From: a virus
Lineage: Duplodnaviria; Caudoviricetes
Virus record (IMG/VR): IMGVR_UViG_3300042397_003635
Length of the DNA stretch: 64,000 nt
Reading direction: 5' to 3' (one strand)
A program made the translations under genes and the position numbers. Positions 1 to 10,165 of the stretch are shown here, in pieces. Positions within the stretch are counted from its first letter, which is position 1, and every line of letters begins with the position of its first letter. Below the pieces are notes generated by a model. The model was not told the origin of the DNA. It searched no databases and saw only the letters and a list, made by a program, of their open reading frames with translations.

Positions 1-25
1 CATATGATAATACCTTTGGCATAGA

Positions 26-931
26 TTAACGACGACCGTATCTATTTAACATGCTCCAGTTTTTAGGTCCACCATTAACCGTGCAAATCTTAATAGATTT
101 GTGGCCGCTAGATTCTGCACAAACTGAAAGTTCTCTGCTTGTAATTCCACACTGATCTGCAATGTCAAATGCAACATGAGCAAGTTCGTCTGGATAATTA
201 AATCCTAATTCAACTATAACATCGTCATTTGTTAAAGTAATCTTTGCACCTTTACCGCTTGCTCTAAATTCATCGCAGAATTTTTCGAATTTTACGTCTA
301 GCCCTAAATCATTTTCAAATTCAATATTTTCTTCAACTGATTTAGATTTTGAATCTCCGCTAAAGAATGGTTCAACATCCTGTTTTTCATTCTTTTTAGG
401 GTTTTCTTTAGGATTAGTAAAGTGATCCTTTGGATATGTTGTAACGTTTAAAACAAATTTCTTGTTTTTAAAATCTACTTCGTAAGATTTTGAAATTTTG
501 GATCCATCTTCTTGTTCTTCCCATCCACCAACTGAAGCGCCTTTGGGCTTTTCTCCATTTAGTGTATCAAGACCAACTCCACCTTTAGAATATTGAAGTG
601 GCTTGTATTCAGATAATTTTTCAATTGCCTCAGCATCAGACTTAGCTTTAACTAACATCCAATCCTGATCAAAGTCTCCATAACTAGGAACCCAACCATA
701 CCAAGTAAAGTAGTAATCTTGTTCTTCAGCTTGAGGCTCGTCAGCTTTAACTTCTTCCTTAGGCTCATCTTCCATTTTAGGCTCTTCTGCTGCAGGTTCT
801 GCTTCTGGAGTAGGAACTTCTGGTGTAGCAGGTTCTGTTTCTGGTGCAGGAGCAGGAGGAGTTGGAACCGCTGGAGTTTCGTTTTCTTCTTCGTTTACTG
901 TAAATTTATCGAAGTTTGTTACAATTGACAT
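26..931 (-). CDS. Acidic Pro/Glu-rich protein with capsid-targeting-like N-terminus (putative internal head protein)
   Basis: 301 aa; starts MSIVTNFDKFTVNEE; PAPE-rich linker; GATAAATAA late-promoter motif at 953-961 upstream. Confidence 0.6.
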   Translation of the reverse strand: MSIVTNFDKFTVNEEENETPAVPTPPAPAPETEPATPEVPTPEAEPAAEEPKMEDEPKEEVKADEPQAEEQDYYFTWYGWVPSYGDFDQDWMLVKAKSDAEAIEKLSEYKPLQYSKGGVGLDTLNGEKPKGASVGGWEEQEDGSKISKSYEVDFKNKKFVLNVTTYPKDHFTNPKENPKKNEKQDVEPFFSGDSKSKSVEENIEFENDLGLDVKFEKFCDEFRASGKGAKITLTNDDVIVELGFNYPDELAHVAFDIADQCGITSRELSVCAESSGHKSIKICTVNGGPKNWSMLNRYGRR

Positions 932-952
932 AATTTTAGATCTTTTTCAGAA

Positions 953-1360
953 TTATTTATCTTCCGCTGTTATATCATAATGGAATCCATTACGTACCTT
1001 ATCTGAAATAGGGATAGGGCTTCCATCCTCGTCAATTCTAACAAATGTAATATGAGTAGACAGAACAATATCTTCTTCGTGAGTGTAGACATTAAATGAT
1101 CTTGCCTCCATATAAAGAGTAATGCTAGTATTTCCGACTTTAGTTATGGCACCATAGATTTTAAGTAGACTGCCTTCCTTTGCCGGCTTTTTAAAAATAC
1201 ACTCGTCAATTTTAACAGTAACCATTCTGCGATTATGTGCATATTCCATTGCATAACCAGCGGCAGCTGCATCAATCCAAGCTAGGAGCTTACCTCCAAA
1301 TAAGTTACCATGAAATCCTAGATCAGATTTCTTGATAGGGTGTTGATTCAAAAACTTCAC
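953..1360 (-). CDS. Acyl-CoA thioesterase (hotdog fold, YciA-like)
   Basis: DLGFHGNLFGGKLLAWIDAAA and VTVKIDECIFKKP hotdog-thioesterase motifs. Confidence 0.85.
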   Translation of the reverse strand: MKFLNQHPIKKSDLGFHGNLFGGKLLAWIDAAAAGYAMEYAHNRRMVTVKIDECIFKKPAKEGSLLKIYGAITKVGNTSITLYMEARSFNVYTHEEDIVLSTHITFVRIDEDGSPIPISDKVRNGFHYDITAEDK

Positions 1361-1547
1361 GTTTGTATATTGTTTTAAATTTTACCGGAAGATTTTTATA
1401 AAGATCCTCCTTTAACTTTTGAAATGCCACATCTAAAATATCAATACTAGAATTTTCTACCATTTCTTCAGTTAATCTAACTTGAACTTGAACAGTATCA
1501 TCGGGAGTTGCGCCCCGTTTTCTAATTAGTATTTCGTAATCGTGCAT
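1323..1547 (-). CDS. Hypothetical protein
   Basis: 74 aa ORF coupled to the topoisomerase stop codon. Confidence 0.55.
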   Translation of the reverse strand: MHDYEILIRKRGATPDDTVQVQVRLTEEMVENSSIDILDVAFQKLKEDLYKNLPVKFKTIYKREVFESTPYQEI

Positions 1548-2899
1548 TATTTAGTTTTTAGATTCTTCTTTAATTCTGCAAGATCAGTTCTGTACATATC
1601 GATTGGTGCAGTTTTCTTTACTGTTACCAATTCTGCAGATTTCTCTTTAACTTCATTTACTAACTGTTCGTATTTCTCTTTGGTTAAAGTTTGAATTTGC
1701 ATGCTCAACAAATAGTCAAAGCTAGAATTAATGCGGTCAAATTTTAGTTCTTCTAATTCGGTAACAATTTCTTGTTTTGGACGATTACCTAATTTAAGTT
1801 TACCATCAATAATCATCTTAATAAATCTAGCTCTATTTGAAAGATACACTAAATCCTTTTCTAAACTATCGATTAAGTAGGCTTTACGTTTATCATAATA
1901 GGTTAACCGGAATTTTACAAAGTATTCTACTAATTCAGGTAAAGCTGTAAATATTTTAAGCTTACCTCTTTCATCTAGACAAGTTAAGTTTTCGCTTTCT
2001 GTTTCGACTAATTTAAGAGTAGATTCTAATCTATCCTTTGCAATTAATTCTGAAAGTTTTGCTCGTTGAAACTTAAGAGTATACGAAATTCCATTTGAAC
2101 AATTATCTTCGTATGAAAAGATAATTCCTTTTTCTTGCAGAGAATTTAAATGGTTCTCATATTTTTGAAATGTCATTGATGGAGGCAATTCTGTAATTTC
2201 AACAGTTGTAGTATTAACTACTCGAGCAACCCCTTTAAATTGATATTGGTTATCTCCAATTCTAGAGATTGGCCCATTGAAATCCTTAAACCATGGTAAA
2301 AGTTCTCCGATTTTTTTACCATCTAAGACTTTGGTACAAGCGTCGATTAATTGAACCGGATTCCGGTTTAAGATATTTGTTGCAAATCCTACAGCAATAC
2401 CCGAACTTCCATTTAGGAGAACTGTTGGAATAATTGGTAGGAAATATTTAGGTTCGATTTCATTACCCTCTTCGATTTGAGAAGTTAAGAGCTCAAAATC
2501 TTTATAGAGTAGTCTGAAATTTGGAGTTAGCTTAGTTGAAATATAACGAGGGGCTCCAGCTTCTGGAGAACGTAGCGATCCAAACTGACCGACCTCATCT
2601 AATAGAGGAAGCGAGTTCTTAAATGATTGAGCCATTCCAATAATAGCTCCATTAAGGGATCCATCTCCATGATGATAGTGAGCATCTGCTGCAATTCTAC
2701 CACCCAATTGAAATATCTTTAGAGGTTTATCATTAGAACCTTTCCAAACTTTATCTGCAATAAAAATAATTTTACGCTGAGTTGGTTTAAATCCATCTAT
2801 TACAGAAGGAATTGCCCGATTCTCAAGAGTATACATACCATACATTGCATAGTCTTGATCTAAATATTCGGTTACTGTTTTATTATTTACTTTTATCAT
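1547..2899 (-). CDS. DNA topoisomerase II, GyrA/ParC-like subunit (T4 gp52-like)
   Basis: RAIPSVIDGFKPTQRK, YHHGDGSL, AGAPRYI (catalytic Tyr), PTVLLNGSSGIAVGFA. Confidence 0.95.
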   Translation of the reverse strand: MIKVNNKTVTEYLDQDYAMYGMYTLENRAIPSVIDGFKPTQRKIIFIADKVWKGSNDKPLKIFQLGGRIAADAHYHHGDGSLNGAIIGMAQSFKNSLPLLDEVGQFGSLRSPEAGAPRYISTKLTPNFRLLYKDFELLTSQIEEGNEIEPKYFLPIIPTVLLNGSSGIAVGFATNILNRNPVQLIDACTKVLDGKKIGELLPWFKDFNGPISRIGDNQYQFKGVARVVNTTTVEITELPPSMTFQKYENHLNSLQEKGIIFSYEDNCSNGISYTLKFQRAKLSELIAKDRLESTLKLVETESENLTCLDERGKLKIFTALPELVEYFVKFRLTYYDKRKAYLIDSLEKDLVYLSNRARFIKMIIDGKLKLGNRPKQEIVTELEELKFDRINSSFDYLLSMQIQTLTKEKYEQLVNEVKEKSAELVTVKKTAPIDMYRTDLAELKKNLKTK

Positions 2900-4022
2900 A
2901 GCTTAGTATTAATTTACCAACATAGAATACAATTGAACCCAAAATTACGCCTATTGCTAAATTATGTGTAACCACCGAAACTATAATTGTAGAAACGGTT
3001 GTTGTAAAATATAAAGGATTCTTATTAGTTAAACTGCGCCAATCTCCAGTTTCATATACAACAATTAGCATAACTCCAATTAGGCCAGCTAACGGTAACT
3101 GTTCTATATAGTTACCAAACACTAGAATTATTGAAATTAGCCCAACTGCGGCAACTATTCCAGATAGTCTGTGCTTTGCGCCAGCTCCAACATTAAGATT
3201 AGTTTGACCGACTAATACGCAACCGCCCATTGCTCCAAACAGGCCGCTTATAATATTGCCTAGACCTTGGGCAAATGTTTCTTTGGCTTTGCTGCCAGTT
3301 TCATTTAACTTATAAGATACTGAATCGACTGTCAATAGAGATTCAGTTAGACCTGATATTGCCATACCAAAAGAATAGGGCAACACAGTTAAGATTGAAG
3401 CTATTGTTATTTCGGGTAGGTTAAAACTTGGCAAGCTTGCCGTAACTGGCGAAAGATCACCAACTGTTGATAGCCCAAGTGGTATGCCAATAATACAGCC
3501 AGCTGCGATAGCAATAAGGGCTGGTGGAAAACTGAATTTCTTAGCTGACCACCACATTACTCCTGAACAGACTGCAACTGTTACTAACGTTAAACTTAGT
3601 GTTGCTGTACTGGGCAAGCCAACTGACAAATACCTGAATTGACTAGTAAGAATCATAATAGCTAGTGCAACCAAAAACCCTGAAATTGCGGATGGCGGAA
3701 TTTTGCCAAATATTTTCCAAGCAGATGTTGACCAAATTATAAGTTGAATAAGTCCTGCTACAATAACTCCAAGGAAAAGCAGATCCATTCCAGATTTTGC
3801 AACAAGACCTGCCATAATTACAGCAGTTGCACCAGTTGCACCAGAAATAAGACCAGGTCGACCACCAAAAATTGCAGTAGATAACGCCATAAATACAGCA
3901 GCCCATAATCCAACTTGAGGAGCTGCTCCAGCCAATAGCGCAAACGAAATTGCTTCAGGCACAAGTGCAACGGCAATAGTTAGACCCGATAAAATTTCGG
4001 TTCGTGTTTGAGATAATTGCAT
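2883..4022 (-). CDS. SulP-family inorganic anion transporter (membrane domain only, no STAS)
   Basis: LSGLTIAVALVPEAISFA, FGGRPGLISGATGA, AMGGCVLVGQTNLNV; many TM segments. Confidence 0.9.
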   Translation of the reverse strand: MQLSQTRTEILSGLTIAVALVPEAISFALLAGAAPQVGLWAAVFMALSTAIFGGRPGLISGATGATAVIMAGLVAKSGMDLLFLGVIVAGLIQLIIWSTSAWKIFGKIPPSAISGFLVALAIMILTSQFRYLSVGLPSTATLSLTLVTVAVCSGVMWWSAKKFSFPPALIAIAAGCIIGIPLGLSTVGDLSPVTASLPSFNLPEITIASILTVLPYSFGMAISGLTESLLTVDSVSYKLNETGSKAKETFAQGLGNIISGLFGAMGGCVLVGQTNLNVGAGAKHRLSGIVAAVGLISIILVFGNYIEQLPLAGLIGVMLIVVYETGDWRSLTNKNPLYFTTTVSTIIVSVVTHNLAIGVILGSIVFYVGKLILSYDKSK

Positions 4023-5857
4023 TAAAATGAAAGTTTAAGTAGTTTCTCTTTTCTTGGTGCAGAGTCGTTACCAAACCAATCTTCAAGAGACTGCTTGCTC
4101 TGCTTATCATTTGTTAACTGAACTAGATTTGGATTATGAATAATCTCACGATACTCATCATCTTCTAGAGCGGCAAGACCTTTTTTGTATTCAACATTCC
4201 AGCCAGTCATTTTAGTTTTAGCCTCCCATTTTAAGTAATCTTCTGCAGTATAGAATGGAACAATATCCTTTCCTTTTTTTGCAACAACTAACGGAGTCAT
4301 AACTTTAAAAATCTTTCCTTCGTTAACTAATTCTGGCCAATACTTATTAAAAAAGTTAATTAGCAATGCAGCAATAGAATCTCCATCTGGATCTGCATCA
4401 GTATAGATTAAGATTTTATTATATCGCATGTCCTTAGGATCTTCGCCAAGTTTAATTCCTAGCGATGCCATTAATTGAACGACTTCGTCATTTTTAATAA
4501 CATCACTGTTTTTCATTTCGCTTACATTAAGGAATTTACCTTTAAGAGGAAATGCGCCAAAAACTTGAGGATCTCTAAACTTACGAACAGCCGAAAGTGC
4601 AGACATACCTTCAAATATTCCAAGCGAACATTTATTGCGGTCTTTACCTTTAGCATCAATTAATTTAAGAACTTTAGTTGTGGCTAAAGATTTATTTAGT
4701 TTACGTAATTCAGCACGCTCTTCAGCTTGTTTCTTTTGTTGAATCCAATCCAATAAAGACTCAACTACTTCTGATGTAAAAACCGCCTTTGCAAATTTTT
4801 CAGAAACTGTGTGAGCCGTTCCAAATTCTTTGGGTTCGGTAATTAGCTTCTCTTTAGTTTGTGAAGAGAACGCTGGATTAATTACTGTACAGTTAATGAA
4901 TAAGAAAACATGATTACGGATTTCCGAAGGTTTAACTTCAACCTTATGCTTCTTTTTAATTAAGACTCTTAAGTCTTCAATTACCTGATTTAGGATATAG
5001 TTCTCATGGGTTCCACCATCTTTAGTTTCAATTGAGTTAACAAAAGAAATAGATTGATACCCATCTTTTGAATGACCTACTGCAAATTCCCAATGCTCGC
5101 TCTTTTCCCAAATAGGATTTTGAACATAGAGCTCAACATATTCTTTAAAGTTTTTAAATCTAAATTTCTCTCCATTAAATTCTAACTTAAGACCAGGATT
5201 TGCTGCTGCAATATCAATAACACGTTTACGCATCATTTTAATATGAGCTTCATCAAGAGCCTGCATTTCAAATCGGCTAAGGTCTGGTTCATATGAAATT
5301 TCGGTAAAACCTTGATTTGACGCAGATGTTTTAGCATCGCCTTTAACTGACATGTTTTTAGTAAAGAGCTGAACATATCTCTTTTTACCATCAGCCGTTT
5401 CAATCTTAAACTTATTAGAAAAGATATTTACTAGTGATGCACCAACACCATTGGTTCCAGCAACAGTTCTGCCTTCTTCATCATTAAAATTTGAACCGGC
5501 TCTAAGATTAGAGAAGATTAATTCGGGAATCCAAACTTTATGTTCTGGATGCTGAAGAACTGGAATACCTCCATTGTCCCAAACTGAAATAGAGTTGTCT
5601 TTAACTACAACTTTAATTTGGTTAATTTTGCCTGAGCGTTTATGCTCATCGACTGAGTTTGAAATAATCTCATCGAATAACTTTAGAAAGCCGGGATTGT
5701 AAGTCAATTCCTCTTTCTCATACATACCATCTTTTAAGATCCATTCCTGACTTGTATGTGGTTTAGTTGAACCAATATACATGCCAGGTCTTTTTAGGAC
5801 GTGCTCGATCTCATCAAGCAGCTGGTATTTCTTACTAATTTCTTTTGTTGATGCCAT
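4022..5857 (-). CDS. DNA topoisomerase II, GyrB-like subunit (T4 gp39+gp60-like fusion)
   Basis: EHVLKRPGMYIGS, EIISNSVDE, GTNGVGASL (GHKL ATPase), EGMSA, PLKGK, TDADPDG (TOPRIM). Confidence 0.95.
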   Translation of the reverse strand: MASTKEISKKYQLLDEIEHVLKRPGMYIGSTKPHTSQEWILKDGMYEKEELTYNPGFLKLFDEIISNSVDEHKRSGKINQIKVVVKDNSISVWDNGGIPVLQHPEHKVWIPELIFSNLRAGSNFNDEEGRTVAGTNGVGASLVNIFSNKFKIETADGKKRYVQLFTKNMSVKGDAKTSASNQGFTEISYEPDLSRFEMQALDEAHIKMMRKRVIDIAAANPGLKLEFNGEKFRFKNFKEYVELYVQNPIWEKSEHWEFAVGHSKDGYQSISFVNSIETKDGGTHENYILNQVIEDLRVLIKKKHKVEVKPSEIRNHVFLFINCTVINPAFSSQTKEKLITEPKEFGTAHTVSEKFAKAVFTSEVVESLLDWIQQKKQAEERAELRKLNKSLATTKVLKLIDAKGKDRNKCSLGIFEGMSALSAVRKFRDPQVFGAFPLKGKFLNVSEMKNSDVIKNDEVVQLMASLGIKLGEDPKDMRYNKILIYTDADPDGDSIAALLINFFNKYWPELVNEGKIFKVMTPLVVAKKGKDIVPFYTAEDYLKWEAKTKMTGWNVEYKKGLAALEDDEYREIIHNPNLVQLTNDKQSKQSLEDWFGNDSAPRKEKLLKLSF

Positions 5858-5905
5858 CTATTAGACGTAATTTAAATTAATATACCCAATTGATTTGGGT
5901 TTGGG

Positions 5906-6010
5906 CTAAGCAATTAGCCAGGCAATGAGTTTACCCCAAATAAAGCCACCGATAAGTAGGACGATTATCCAAGTAATAAGGAAGGTCCAGTTGTATTTTT
6001 TCCATTTCAT
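5906..6010 (-). CDS. Small membrane peptide (34 aa; not in ORF track)
   Basis: Read manually: MKWKKYNWTFLITWIIVLLIGGFIWGKLIAWLIA. Confidence 0.5.
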   Translation of the reverse strand: MKWKKYNWTFLITWIIVLLIGGFIWGKLIAWLIA

Positions 6011-6052
6011 GGAATATTATACTGGAACAATCTCTGAGAGTTTTAGTCAAAA

Positions 6053-6078
6053 AAATAGGGAGTCTGGGCTCCCTATTT
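6053..6078 (-). terminator. Rho-independent terminator after lipoprotein gene
   Basis: AAATAGGGAG-TCTGGG-CTCCCTATTT hairpin with T-tract on the minus strand. Confidence 0.7.
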
Positions 6079-6096
6079 AAATTATAATAGATTAGG

Positions 6097-7305
6097 TTAA
6101 AATCCCTTTACTGGAAATCTGGTCCAGCCATTAGACCAACTAGGCTTTGCAAGCGCATCCATTTCTGATTTAGTATATGATTTTTCTACAGTACCTTGGC
6201 TTAGGGCTTTGGCTTTAACTGAGTCAGAAGTCATAATTGAAGTTGCCTTACTAATAAAATTTAAAGAAGGATCAAATGCCTGAACTTCATTATTTAAAAA
6301 TATGCTTGTTCCATTTTTGTAGTGTTGAACTGTTTCAGTTGATTCCATACTAAAACTACCTTTTTGATAACCCAATACTTTAGAGTTAGTCATTGTAAAT
6401 TGAGTGGCTCTTCTAAATCTTAAACCTAGATTATGATTGGCTAGTGATCCAGCATCAAATGGCCCAATTAAAATTACATTATCTAACTTTGGATGGGTAG
6501 TTGGAATTGCAGCAGAACCTGTTCCATCATTATCGCACTCAACTCCATTTCCAGCATCGCCATTATCTACAAATTGTGGATCTCTTTTTGATGCTGAATA
6601 TGAAATAGTACCTCTATATCCAAAATCGAAATCGAAATCATCGTCAGCTGTTGCAAATGCATATAGGTTTTTTGCATTAACAGTTCCGCCGAAAAATTCA
6701 AAGGCATCGTCATTTGCATAGACCGTTTGAATATTCTCAAGGATTGTTCCACTACCAACTCCACCTAAGGTTAAGGCATTAATTTCTGAATTTGGCATTG
6801 CTGCAATACCAGCATATTCAATTCTTACATATTTTAAAATTCCAGAATTATCATAATCATCAGATCCACCGAATGGTCTACCAATACCGCCTTCAATTGT
6901 TGGTTCAGATGTTCTATTTGTGGTGGCTTTACCTAATATTACAATACCACCCCAATCGCCTGGAGAACGTTGACCAATTGGTTGACCGGATGTAAATACA
7001 ATTGGTTTGGTTGAAGTACCCTCAGCAATAATTTTTCCGCCTCTTTCAATACAAAGAGCTCCCTTTTCAATAAGATCGCTTTTTATAATTGTGCCAGGTT
7101 GAATAATTAATTTAGCGCCATTTACTACATAAACATATCCTTTAAGAATCCATTCTCTATCTGAAGTAAGAGTTACGGTTTGAGTTATGTTTCCTGTAAT
7201 AGTATTGGTAGATGGAACTCCAATTGGATCGTCTGCTCCGCCTAAATCTTTTTCGCAGCTCATTAAGGTTAGAGCAGAAATTAAAGTTAATAAAATCTTT
7301 TTCAT
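6097..7305 (-). CDS. Beta-helix lipoprotein of the family that accompanies TonB-dependent receptors
   Basis: Lipobox LMS-C; PGDWGGIVILGKA, DNSGILKYVRIEYAG, INALTLGGVGSGT, DDAFEFFGG. Confidence 0.75.
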   Translation of the reverse strand: MKKILLTLISALTLMSCEKDLGGADDPIGVPSTNTITGNITQTVTLTSDREWILKGYVYVVNGAKLIIQPGTIIKSDLIEKGALCIERGGKIIAEGTSTKPIVFTSGQPIGQRSPGDWGGIVILGKATTNRTSEPTIEGGIGRPFGGSDDYDNSGILKYVRIEYAGIAAMPNSEINALTLGGVGSGTILENIQTVYANDDAFEFFGGTVNAKNLYAFATADDDFDFDFGYRGTISYSASKRDPQFVDNGDAGNGVECDNDGTGSAAIPTTHPKLDNVILIGPFDAGSLANHNLGLRFRRATQFTMTNSKVLGYQKGSFSMESTETVQHYKNGTSIFLNNEVQAFDPSLNFISKATSIMTSDSVKAKALSQGTVEKSYTKSEMDALAKPSWSNGWTRFPVKGF

Positions 7306-7311
7306 AGTTTT

Positions 7312-9798
7312 TTAAATTTTTAAAGTTAGTGAAATTGAAATATTTTTTTCATTTTTAATATTGATTAGATCGGCCGATCTATTATGTTGAAAAAACCTAG
7401 AGTCTTGTGATAAAATGTCTGCTATTGATAGTTTTATTTCGCCACTCTTTATTTTTTTAATAAGAACTAAATCTAAAATATCTCTAGCATTTTCATAAAT
7501 ATCTGGATAACCTTGAAAACCTACGGCTGAAATTCTTTCGCCAATTCGATTATATGTAATTGATCCAGATAAGGTACCTTTATTGATAGTTGCACCAGCA
7601 TTAATAATATATGGAGACTGTCCTTGTAAAGGTCGAGTTTGACCTCTTTCGGTTACAGTTGAAATTATTCCAGAAACATTTGAATATAGAGTTAACCACT
7701 CTGTAACCTTTTTTCTGGCATCTACTTCTATACCAGCTACAATTGCTGAGGCTGGATTTGAATATGTCATTAAGAGATTTGATGGAACTGACCCAGCATC
7801 AACCACCAATTCAATCGGCTTATTAAAGTGTTTTGCAAATACTCCAACCGAAATATTCTCTCCATTTTTTGGATAGCGTTCAAACTTAAAATCAATATTA
7901 CTAACCTTTGTTCTTTCTAAATTTGGATTGCCTATTATTTGAGCACCTCTTATAAAATCATAATAAGCAAAATTAGCAATCTCTCTAAATTCTGGTCGAG
8001 CTAAGGTTTGACTTGCAGCAAATCTAATTTTATTTTTATCAGTAAGCGAATAGGTTATATTTAAAGATGGTAGTATGTCTAAATAGTTTCTATTAATTAC
8101 TAACGCGGCTCCTCCAAAATCTGCAGTATTAACTGAAAATTGATTGTATTCTGTTCTAATACCTGCATTGATTTTTAAATTATTAAAAGTTGAATCGAAC
8201 ATTACATAACCTCCAACTAAATCAAATGCAGCTGAATATTTGTCAGTATTATTTGTAATCTCATTTAATAAATCGGCGGCTTCATATCTAAAGGTTCGGG
8301 CTTTAAAGTGTCTTAACTTTGTTAAGTATGATCCACCAAATTTTAATTGTTTAACTGAATAATTAGCTGAAGCATTTATTGAATTTTCGTTCATTACACT
8401 CCAAAATCTATAAGTATCTCGCCATACAGTTGAAAAATTATCAGAGGTTCCCAATGATTTAGCTAATGGCTGAACTCGATAATCTGGTTGATCTCTCAAC
8501 ATTAAGTTATATCCAAGATTAAAATCAAACCTATCTTTCTTAAGATCTATTTGTGAATTTAAAATAGATTTAATTATATGGTTAGAGACTTCAGACGAAA
8601 TATTCTGCATATTGTCATAGTTTTCACCAAACCTTTTTAAATAATTAGATTCAATATTTCTATTAAAAATATTCTTAAATCCAATTCGGGTTTTTCCAAG
8701 ATACGTTAGATTAAGAAGGCCGTTTATTGATTTAGTATTTGTAAAAGAAAGATCTCTATAATCGTATGCAAATTCAGTTGAAGAAAAATATTCTTTTCTG
8801 GTAATAGTTGAAGTTGAATTGGATTCTCTATAGTTAGAGCTTAATATAATATTAAGTTTCTTTTTAGTATAACCTCCAGCCAAATTAAAGGTTGAATTTG
8901 GAAGAGCTGTTGTAAAATTAGCAGATGGATTTGCAATAAGAGTAGTAAAATATTTTCTATCTGAAATATCGCTTAGTCTAAATTTATAAATGGATGGAAA
9001 ATTGGTTGGAAAATCTACTTTGGCAATTTGACCAACTTCCTTAAATGTAGTAAGCGTTCCAATTCCAAATGAAGCTCCACCAGAAATAAAATTATCACCA
9101 GCTTCCTTTGTTGTTATTTGAACTAATCCACCTGAAAAATCTCCTGGTAAATTGGCAGCCGCTGATTTAATAATAATTAGATTGTCAATAAGTGCAGTTG
9201 GAATAATATCAAACGAAAATGAACGACGATCGGGTTCAGTTGAAGGTAGTGGAGTCTTGTTTAGCTGAACAGAATTATATCGGTCAGCCAAGCCTCTAAC
9301 TAAAACAAACTTGTCATTTTGTATAGTTACGCCACTTACTCGCTTAAGTGCATCGCTTACGGTTCTGTCTGGAGTCTTTTTAATTGTTTCAGAAGAAATA
9401 CCATCTGCAACTGGCGTACTGTTTTTTACAATATTAATAACAGAAGCGGCTGATTCCTTTTTAGCAATACCCCTTACCTCGACTGCGCCAAGCGTTTGGG
9501 TTATTTCTTCTAATTCAAAATCTATTTGGGTTGGGCCTTTAATAGAAACTTCTTTAGTTAAAGGCGTATGTCCAATATAGGATGCCTTAGCTAAATAGGA
9601 TGACTCAGATAAAAAGAGTTCATAATATCCGGTCGTTGATGTAATAGCTGCGTCAGTTTTACCGGTTGTAGAATTTGTAAACTGAACTACGACTCCAATT
9701 AGAGTATCGCTTTTAGATTTAACAAAGCCACTGACTTTGGTTTGGGAATAGGCTAGGGTTGGTAGTATTACCAAGGCTAGCAGGAATAATCTTAACAA
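7312..9798 (-). CDS. TonB-dependent outer-membrane receptor
   Basis: Signal peptide; carboxypeptidase-regulatory-like N-domain; plug ALKRVSGVTI..VLVRGLADRY; FSFDIIPTALID; LARPEFRE; TTG start. Confidence 0.9.
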   Translation of the reverse strand: MLRLFLLALVILPTLAYSQTKVSGFVKSKSDTLIGVVVQFTNSTTGKTDAAITSTTGYYELFLSESSYLAKASYIGHTPLTKEVSIKGPTQIDFELEEITQTLGAVEVRGIAKKESAASVINIVKNSTPVADGISSETIKKTPDRTVSDALKRVSGVTIQNDKFVLVRGLADRYNSVQLNKTPLPSTEPDRRSFSFDIIPTALIDNLIIIKSAAANLPGDFSGGLVQITTKEAGDNFISGGASFGIGTLTTFKEVGQIAKVDFPTNFPSIYKFRLSDISDRKYFTTLIANPSANFTTALPNSTFNLAGGYTKKKLNIILSSNYRESNSTSTITRKEYFSSTEFAYDYRDLSFTNTKSINGLLNLTYLGKTRIGFKNIFNRNIESNYLKRFGENYDNMQNISSEVSNHIIKSILNSQIDLKKDRFDFNLGYNLMLRDQPDYRVQPLAKSLGTSDNFSTVWRDTYRFWSVMNENSINASANYSVKQLKFGGSYLTKLRHFKARTFRYEAADLLNEITNNTDKYSAAFDLVGGYVMFDSTFNNLKINAGIRTEYNQFSVNTADFGGAALVINRNYLDILPSLNITYSLTDKNKIRFAASQTLARPEFREIANFAYYDFIRGAQIIGNPNLERTKVSNIDFKFERYPKNGENISVGVFAKHFNKPIELVVDAGSVPSNLLMTYSNPASAIVAGIEVDARKKVTEWLTLYSNVSGIISTVTERGQTRPLQGQSPYIINAGATINKGTLSGSITYNRIGERISAVGFQGYPDIYENARDILDLVLIKKIKSGEIKLSIADILSQDSRFFQHNRSADLINIKNEKNISISLTLKI

Positions 9799-9898
9799 AT
9801 GATGTCAATAGATTTTTTTCAATATTATCTATTGAGAGCTGTCTATCAAGATCAGTAAATTTAGATTAACAAATTATTATCAAATTGGAATATTAGTG

Positions 9899-10150
9899 TT
9901 AATCTTCCTCGAAATGTTCTAGGCTAAATGAGATGGGTTCCAGTTCAGAATAAGATTTATTCTTATCGATTGCTGAAACTGTTGAATAGGCAGCCCAACT
10001 TCCAGTTACAGTCCAGTGTAGAGTAGACTCGTCAGAGTGGGTCTTCCATTTTTTAACATGTCCGCCATCAGCCAACTGAGTCAGGACTGTTTCAATAACT
10101 CGTTCAGAAGTTGAGTTATAGGTTGTGATATAAAATTCTATAATTTGCAT
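9899..10150 (-). CDS. Hypothetical protein
   Basis: 83 aa ORF; GATAAATA upstream. Confidence 0.55.
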   Translation of the reverse strand: MQIIEFYITTYNSTSERVIETVLTQLADGGHVKKWKTHSDESTLHWTVTGSWAAYSTVSAIDKNKSYSELEPISFSLEHFEED

Positions 10151-10165
10151 AACTGAAAATATTTA

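Noticed and set aside
1547-5857. Intein or intron in the topoisomerase genes
   Set aside because: Both subunits have normal length and continuous motifs; the insert between them is a separate SulP gene
9799-9898. Pho box upstream of the TBDR
   Set aside because: No convincing 11-bp-spaced direct repeat; the phosphate link rests only on gene-family context
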